A DNA stretch of 62,863 nucleotides, the filler included, from Vannella sp. (lineage: Eukaryota): assembly GCA_023345925.1 (NCBI GenBank). It is 7 parts of 7 records of this genome, joined end to end, with 100 filler letters (N's around TTAATTAATTAA, not from the genome) between each part and the next. Parts side by side here need not be neighbours in the genome. Positions count along the whole stretch, not along the records: positions 56,690 to 62,863 come from JAJQQN010000842.1; 6 more parts are not named here. The stretch is one strand, 5' to 3'. Numbering within the stretch: position 1 is the stretch's first letter; the number at the start of each line of letters is the position of its first letter. Shown here piece after piece: positions 57,833-62,863 of the stretch. The position numbers and the translations under genes are program-made. The notes beneath the pieces are model-generated. The model did no database searches. It was not told where the DNA came from and saw only the letters and a list, made by a program, of their open reading frames with translations.

Positions 57833-57902
57833 AAAATGCATTTGAATGCATTTATGGCACAAAAAATGCATTTGAATGCATTTGGATGCATTTGAATGCA
57901 TT
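57833..57902. repeat. 10 bp-phased ATGCAT array
   Basis: ATGCAT at 57836, 57846, 57866, 57876, 57886 and 57896. Confidence 0.9.
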
Positions 57903-58762
57903 CTTACTCATTTTGCAGCACCTCTCTGATGATCATGTTGCAAGATCATGTTCAACAGTTCATGAAGAAGTTCACCGAGCGAAGGTTCCGAGCTCTCTTC
58001 GGTCTTGGCTCTGAGGAGGCTAATCTGGTGTATCAACACATCAGTGGCTGCTCTCCTGAGCACTTGCTATGGGGGTTACACTTTTTATTCTGTTATCCAA
58101 CTAACAGTGCTGGCTCCTGCTTCTCCGGCGCGGATGAGAAGACTTGGGCAAAGCAGACAAAAAGGGTGATAATCCTTCTTGACCAACTCCTTCCAGAGGT
58201 AAGTTCAGTCGCCTTACCATTTTTAAGTTCTAACCTTGAGAAGCTCAACCTAGAGGACCGTTGGGAGGATTGGGACTACTTCAATCCGAGCTGCATCGTT
58301 GATGGCTCGGATATTCCCATCCTTGAGCCCGAGAGTACCACTTGGGGGGAGAAAACAGCCTTTTTCTCCCACAAGACGGGAGGTCCAACGCTCCGTTACA
58401 TGATCCTAGTCTCTGTAGCTACTAAAAGGTTTATTTGGTGCTCAGACGCTTTCCCTGGAGGGACTTCAGAGGCTAGGATCGTGTTGGAGACGGTTTGGGA
58501 TCGCTTTCTTCCTGGAGAGAGGATCCTTGGAGACTCACTGTTCAGCGCTCCGGCCTACATGCACGTCTTCACAACCCCTTTGCGTGCCACAGACCAAGAG
58601 ACCTACCACAGACTCTCTTCAATGAGAGCAGCGGTGGAGCACAGCTTTGAGCAGCTCAAAAACTTCAAGATCGCCACCACACGCTTTCGTAGCACTGATT
58701 ACCACTTCCACGAAATTTGTATTAGGCTTCTGTGCAAGATATTGAATTTGACCCGAAAATAA
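57896..58762 (+). CDS. DDE_Tnp_4 (PIF/Harbinger/ISL2EU-like) transposase
   Basis: RRFRALFG..HLLWGLHFL..DEKT N-terminus; catalytic CIVDGSD, ILGDS, RAAVEHSF..LKNF; probable in-frame 45 nt intron at 58199-58243. Confidence 0.88.
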   Translation: MHSYSFCSTSLMIMLQDHVQQFMKKFTERRFRALFGLGSEEANLVYQHISGCSPEHLLWGLHFLFCYPTNSAGSCFSGADEKTWAKQTKRVIILLDQLLPEVSSVALPFLSSNLEKLNLEDRWEDWDYFNPSCIVDGSDIPILEPESTTWGEKTAFFSHKTGGPTLRYMILVSVATKRFIWCSDAFPGGTSEARIVLETVWDRFLPGERILGDSLFSAPAYMHVFTTPLRATDQETYHRLSSMRAAVEHSFEQLKNFKIATTRFRSTDYHFHEICIRLLCKILNLTRK

Positions 58763-59000
58763 ACGGTTTATTCTTGCTGCTCGGGTTGCGAGGGAAGCGA
58801 GGGAAGCGAGGCGGAACGGGGCAGCAGTTCGTTTACAGACACCTGCTCCGTTGCAGAAGCCAATACTGAAGTAAGTAACTGGCTCCACCATTCTTGAGGG
58901 AATGTGGAAGGTAGGTGAGGCGCTCTCCCTTCAACAGCCATTTTCCCTCACACCCCAGAGACATCATAGAACTTCTCAATCGTATGTCCTTGGCATCATA

Positions 59001-59073
59001 TAAACTTGGGTGCGTAAATGATCGTACTTTGCTGCATACTTGAAGGAATCAGGATAACGGGCTTAATCATCTA
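59001..59073 (+). repeat. Direct repeat C, left copy
   Basis: Near-identical to 60575-60645 (2 mismatches in the first 50 nt, then a small indel region). Confidence 0.92.
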
Positions 59074-59200
59074 ATATTTGTCTCTACTAAAGACGCTATC
59101 ATAATTAAGCACGGAACGGCTGAGAGCTGGGAGCACGACAGCTAGTGACAGACAAACAGCTGATGACAGCCTTCACCTACTGTCATCAGCTCGTGCGGCA

Positions 59201-60364
59201 ATGCGAAGGACCGCCTTGCTGCTCATCGGCATCTCACTGGTTATGACTTTCGGGTTCTTCATGTTGTGGGCCCCATCCCCAGTTGAGCTCGGTGGCTTGC
59301 CCTTCAAGGACTCTCGACAGGAGTTTCTTCTTGCTTTGAAGAGATACGAGAAGCTACACAGCGACATGCTGGACGGAAAGCGGCCAGCAAAGTACCTCAC
59401 TTACGTCTCCAACACTTCGGGATGGTCTGATCGTGTCCGCGGCTTCTTAAGCGTCGCCACGGTCGCCTTCATGACAGATCGAGCATTTCTCTTCAAGGAC
59501 ACTATGCTAGACATCGATTTGGCCGCAGTGTATGCCCAGGATCCCATCCGATGGTTTGCTAAGCCTGATGCGCCTCTGGTTCACAGCTTCTCGGTCGGAT
59601 ACATGCGACTGGAAGAGGAACTCTTGCGAGAAGACACCATAGAGAGGATGAGAAACGAGCTGGGGAACATCGAACTCACAATGAGCGACTGGGCTTGGGA
59701 AGAAATCGCGCATCACCCACTCTTGGCGGAAGATCGCGCTCGCTTGAAGTTGGATGACGTGCCTGAATGGGCTTCTTTGCTATTTGACCTCCTGTTTCCT
59801 CCTTCTCCAACAATGAAGAACGCCCTGAGGGACTACGTGGACCTGGTTCCCTCTCCTCGCATGGCCATTCACATCCGCACAGGTGTGGCGGAAGGTTCCA
59901 ACCAGTTCTTCGGTGGTTCTTTGGAAGCGTATGTTGGCAATCATATCGATTGCTTCAAGAGCGTGGTCAAGTCCGAAGGGCTCACCAAAGTTACTGTTTT
60001 CCTTGCTACAGACTATGAGCCCGCCTTCGACATCGCTCGGGGTCTCCTTGGGTCTATGCAAGGAGAGAACTTCTCCATACACGTCATGAATGGCTCGGCA
60101 ATGGGGAATATCGGCCACCTCGTCCTTGCCCATCCCGAGAATGTGCATTTACGTGCTCACGCAGAGTGGGAGATCCTTCGCCGAGCGGAATGGCTGTTCC
60201 CTAGCCGTAGCGGATACTCTCTGGTTCCCTTCGGACTTCGCCACGTCCCCAGTGCGCGAGCATTCACAACAAATCTCAACTCTGCTGGTGCATGCGAAGA
60301 GATTCACCCTCTTGGGCTTGGATGGTTCTTTACAATGGAGCATCTCGGTAAATTCCCAAAGTAA
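59201..60364 (+). CDS. Type II membrane GT-B fucosyltransferase-like protein (alpha-1,2/1,6/O-FucT superfamily)
   Basis: N-terminal signal anchor; SGWSDRVRG, AIHIRTG (motif I), VFLATD (motif II), AEWEIL...RSGYS (motif III); intronless. Confidence 0.75.
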   Translation: MRRTALLLIGISLVMTFGFFMLWAPSPVELGGLPFKDSRQEFLLALKRYEKLHSDMLDGKRPAKYLTYVSNTSGWSDRVRGFLSVATVAFMTDRAFLFKDTMLDIDLAAVYAQDPIRWFAKPDAPLVHSFSVGYMRLEEELLREDTIERMRNELGNIELTMSDWAWEEIAHHPLLAEDRARLKLDDVPEWASLLFDLLFPPSPTMKNALRDYVDLVPSPRMAIHIRTGVAEGSNQFFGGSLEAYVGNHIDCFKSVVKSEGLTKVTVFLATDYEPAFDIARGLLGSMQGENFSIHVMNGSAMGNIGHLVLAHPENVHLRAHAEWEILRRAEWLFPSRSGYSLVPFGLRHVPSARAFTTNLNSAGACEEIHPLGLGWFFTMEHLGKFPK

Positions 60365-60574
60365 GAGCTTTTCCACCCATCAAGCCCCCAAGTGACATTC
60401 TCTCTTGATGGTGCCATCGATGTAACGGCCCGCAAGGTAGTTAAATGAAGGGTTATTTGGTGATGGAGGCGAGCTTCTCGGAAGGGCAAAGTGTTGATTG
60501 TTTGTCAGAGAATACGTCTTGTGGTGCGGGTACATGGAGTCAACAGCTGTCACGGAAATGCCTTCTTGGTTTTC

Positions 60575-60645
60575 TAAACTTGGGTGCGTGAATGATCGTA
60601 CTTTGCTGCATACTTTAAGGAATCAAGGACGGGCTTAATCATCTA
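60575..60645 (+). repeat. Direct repeat C, right copy
   Basis: Near-identical to 59001-59073. Confidence 0.92.
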
Positions 60646-60931
60646 CAGATAGACCGTCAGTCAGAGTGGAAGCGGGGAGGTAGCAATTGGTCCCATTAGT
60701 CCTTTTGTTTTTCACACCAATCTGGTTGTAAGATAAGGAAGACCATCTAGCAAAAGCAGCGCACCAATCATCCGATTCTGCTCCTCTCAGGCACACAAAG
60801 TTGGTAAGTCCAATCAGCAAAAGTAAAACTATCTGAATGATTGTTAATATATATATATTGTTTTGAATAGCAAAACCTGGCTTCTGTCCGCACCAGCAAG
60901 AGGTTGGAAGTACATTCTCGTTTATTGTTTC

Positions 60932-62857
60932 CTAGACTATTGTGATGATTGCCAGTGCCAAAGTGAAAGAGACTGTAAGGGATCCACATTCAGAACTTGT
61001 TTTGCTTTCCCCTCTCCCTGGCACGGGAACAGGAATGGGGAATGGCACAGGGTTGGGGACGGGAACAGGAATGGGAACGGGAACAGGATTGGGAACAGGA
61101 ATAGGGTTGGAAATAGGCACAGGAATAGGGTTGGGAACCGGATTCGGAACAGGAATAGGGTTGGGGACTGGAACAGGGTTGGGGATGGGAACGGGATTCT
61201 GAACCGGCACAGGGTTGGGGATAGGAACGTTAGTGGAGACAGGGTTGGGAACAGGTACGTTGGTAGGAACCGGAACTGGAACCCGGAAAACACTCGCAGA
61301 CAGTCCAGGAGATGGCGAAGGCACAGTAGATTGAGTAGCAGAGTTCACTTGATCCACATCCAGGCGGCGGACAATTGAAAGTCTCCCAGCTGTGCGGACA
61401 TCTCCACATACCTTGTCAGAGCCGTCTGGACTGGTGGCGAAGAGACCAGCGCTGGCGCATAGGAAGCGGCCGGACTGGTCTACAACAGCCACACAGTACT
61501 CGCTTAGCACAAGATTGGCTTGGTTCAAGGCAAAGCACACTTGAAGGGCTTGGGTAGGCTGTACCAACGTTCCATTCGCTGTTTGGATGGTCAATTGGAG
61601 GAGAGGAGAGAACAATGAGAGGCTAGACGCGGGGAGAGGGAGCCCACTGATGGGCACTTCGGTGGAGTTGACCTGCGCAAAGGGAGGAAGACCACTTCGG
61701 GGTAGCGTGGCGATGGTTCTGTTGGTGGTTACTATGATGAAGGGGCTTGGCGTCGCAGATGGGGCGACAGAAGCCGAAGGAGAGGGCAAGGAAGTCGCAG
61801 AGACTGTTGAACTGACAGAAGATGTCGCAGAAGCTGAAGTAGTCATTGAAGCTGTCGGGGTCACAGAGGGGGAGGTGGTCATCGAGGTACTAGTCGAACT
61901 TGAGGGAGTGTTCGACCCCGAAGGAGAGCCAGATGCTGAGACTGAGTTGGAGGGGGTCATAGAGGTCGAGGGAGTGTTGGAAGGAGTCACTGAGAGGGAG
62001 GTTGAGACAGTGTTCGAGGGCGTGGCGGTGTTCGAGACCGTGGGACTTTGAGAAGGAGTCACAGAAGGTGAGGCTGAGCCAGTCACAGAAGACGAAGAAC
62101 TTTCAGAGGGTGTTAAGGAGCAGCTTCTAGTTTCAGACGGTGTAGAAGAGGGAGTAGAAGAGGTTGTAGAAGAGGTTGTGGAAGAGGGCGTTCCCGAGGG
62201 AGAAGGGGACTCAGGGACTTGAGGACTCTCTTCGTGGTAGACAAGTTGAAGTTGGAATAGTGCCGAACCCTGCATTCCGTTGTTCTCTCTTAAATCAATG
62301 CGAAGGGAACCCCAGGAAGCAAACGAGCATCCTCCGACAAAGGAAGCGTAGGGAACCTCAGCATTTGATTGATCAAAGGGCAATTGAGTAGTAGCATTGC
62401 AAGTGCCTCCGTAGGTGTCAGTGTAGGTGAACACGGCGTTGCAGTCATAAGCAGTACCGTAGTCTAGTCCAAAGCTGCGAGTCAAGTTGGCCTGATCATC
62501 CAGGAAGATGCCGTTGAGACCCGTGGTGTTCACTAAGGAGGAGTTGTCCACACCATCGTAAACGAGGGACGTGATGGCTAGGTCGAACAGTAGAGTCTGG
62601 AAGAGGCCATTGGTCACCAACGCTGAGTTCTGCGAACTGGGGTCCAGGACAACAAGCACAAGGTCACGTTCACAACCAATCACCGCTGAGCAGTTCAGGG
62701 ACTGCGCTGAAGCAGCGGCCTCAGGAGGCAGCCCTCTACCATCGACATCGACATTCTGGCCACTATCCGCAGGGAAGGAGTCAATGGGCACCCGAAGGAA
62801 ACCAACGCAGAGAACATGGGCCAATAAAGTACAGAGAAAGAGGTTAGAGGGCGTCAT
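60932..62857 (-). CDS. Secreted/GPI-anchored mucin-like surface glycoprotein
   Basis: Signal peptide; Cys-containing domain; long S/T/P tract; second Cys domain; (PV/PI/PN)n stalk; hydrophobic C-terminus. Confidence 0.82.
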   Translation of the reverse strand: MTPSNLFLCTLLAHVLCVGFLRVPIDSFPADSGQNVDVDGRGLPPEAAASAQSLNCSAVIGCERDLVLVVLDPSSQNSALVTNGLFQTLLFDLAITSLVYDGVDNSSLVNTTGLNGIFLDDQANLTRSFGLDYGTAYDCNAVFTYTDTYGGTCNATTQLPFDQSNAEVPYASFVGGCSFASWGSLRIDLRENNGMQGSALFQLQLVYHEESPQVPESPSPSGTPSSTTSSTTSSTPSSTPSETRSCSLTPSESSSSSVTGSASPSVTPSQSPTVSNTATPSNTVSTSLSVTPSNTPSTSMTPSNSVSASGSPSGSNTPSSSTSTSMTTSPSVTPTASMTTSASATSSVSSTVSATSLPSPSASVAPSATPSPFIIVTTNRTIATLPRSGLPPFAQVNSTEVPISGLPLPASSLSLFSPLLQLTIQTANGTLVQPTQALQVCFALNQANLVLSEYCVAVVDQSGRFLCASAGLFATSPDGSDKVCGDVRTAGRLSIVRRLDVDQVNSATQSTVPSPSPGLSASVFRVPVPVPTNVPVPNPVSTNVPIPNPVPVQNPVPIPNPVPVPNPIPVPNPVPNPIPVPISNPIPVPNPVPVPIPVPVPNPVPFPIPVPVPGRGESKTSSECGSLTVSFTLALAIITIV

Positions 62858-62863
62858 TAGCCA

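Larger units (their letters stand above)
56773..58762. mobile_element. PIF/Harbinger-superfamily-like transposon or derived locus (two divergent genes; TIRs not found)
   Basis: DDE_Tnp_4-like transposase plus divergent Myb/HTH-like gene, the known two-gene Harbinger organisation. Confidence 0.68.

Noticed and set aside
59001..59073. Repeat C (and repeat B) as C/D box snoRNAs
   Set aside because: C boxes are imperfect, the CTGA is not conserved between the C copies, and the B mismatches fall in the would-be guide
60863..61378. Plus-strand GN/GT-repeat ORFs
   Set aside because: Antisense readings of the (PV/PI/PN)n stalk
1..62863. CRISPR array, Fanzor/TnpB, reverse transcriptase, rRNA, or non-standard genetic code
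   Set aside because: No repeat-spacer array and no RuvC or RT motifs seen; TAA, TAG and TGA all end conserved genes, and ORF breaks are explained by short introns

Overview
Eukaryotic DNA from a very compact protist genome, possibly amoebozoan (inference from gene content). It uses the standard genetic code, has ~44-50 nt GT-AG introns, and often under 100 bp between genes. The window is seven unrelated contigs joined by artificial N-TTAATTAATTAA-N linkers, so adjacency across linkers means nothing. Most genes are housekeeping or trafficking: MATE, PAK, MPPE1/Cdc1, WDR81-like, TBC, RCC1/claret-like, UFD1, AP-3 mu, BTB-BACK, Kazal, ankyrin, SNF2, CAMTA, LRR-PP2C, TRP14, ASXL-like, L7Ae, DDX47, RPE. 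Most notable: (1) a bacterial-looking GNAT acetyltransferase fused in frame to a spliced eukaryotic N-terminus; (2) an intronless RNF213/mysterin-like giant AAA+ ATPase with a ~250 aa two-repeat insertion in the ATPase core; (3) a PIF/Harbinger-like head-to-head gene pair with a structured spacer, followed by a fucosyltransferase-like gene inside ~72 bp direct repeats and a mucin-like surface gene; (4) a Zucchini/PLD6-like enzyme fused to a small unknown domain; (5) two further short repeat families, interstitial TTTAGGG repeats and several pseudogene fragments. All family calls come from motif recognition; no searches were run.
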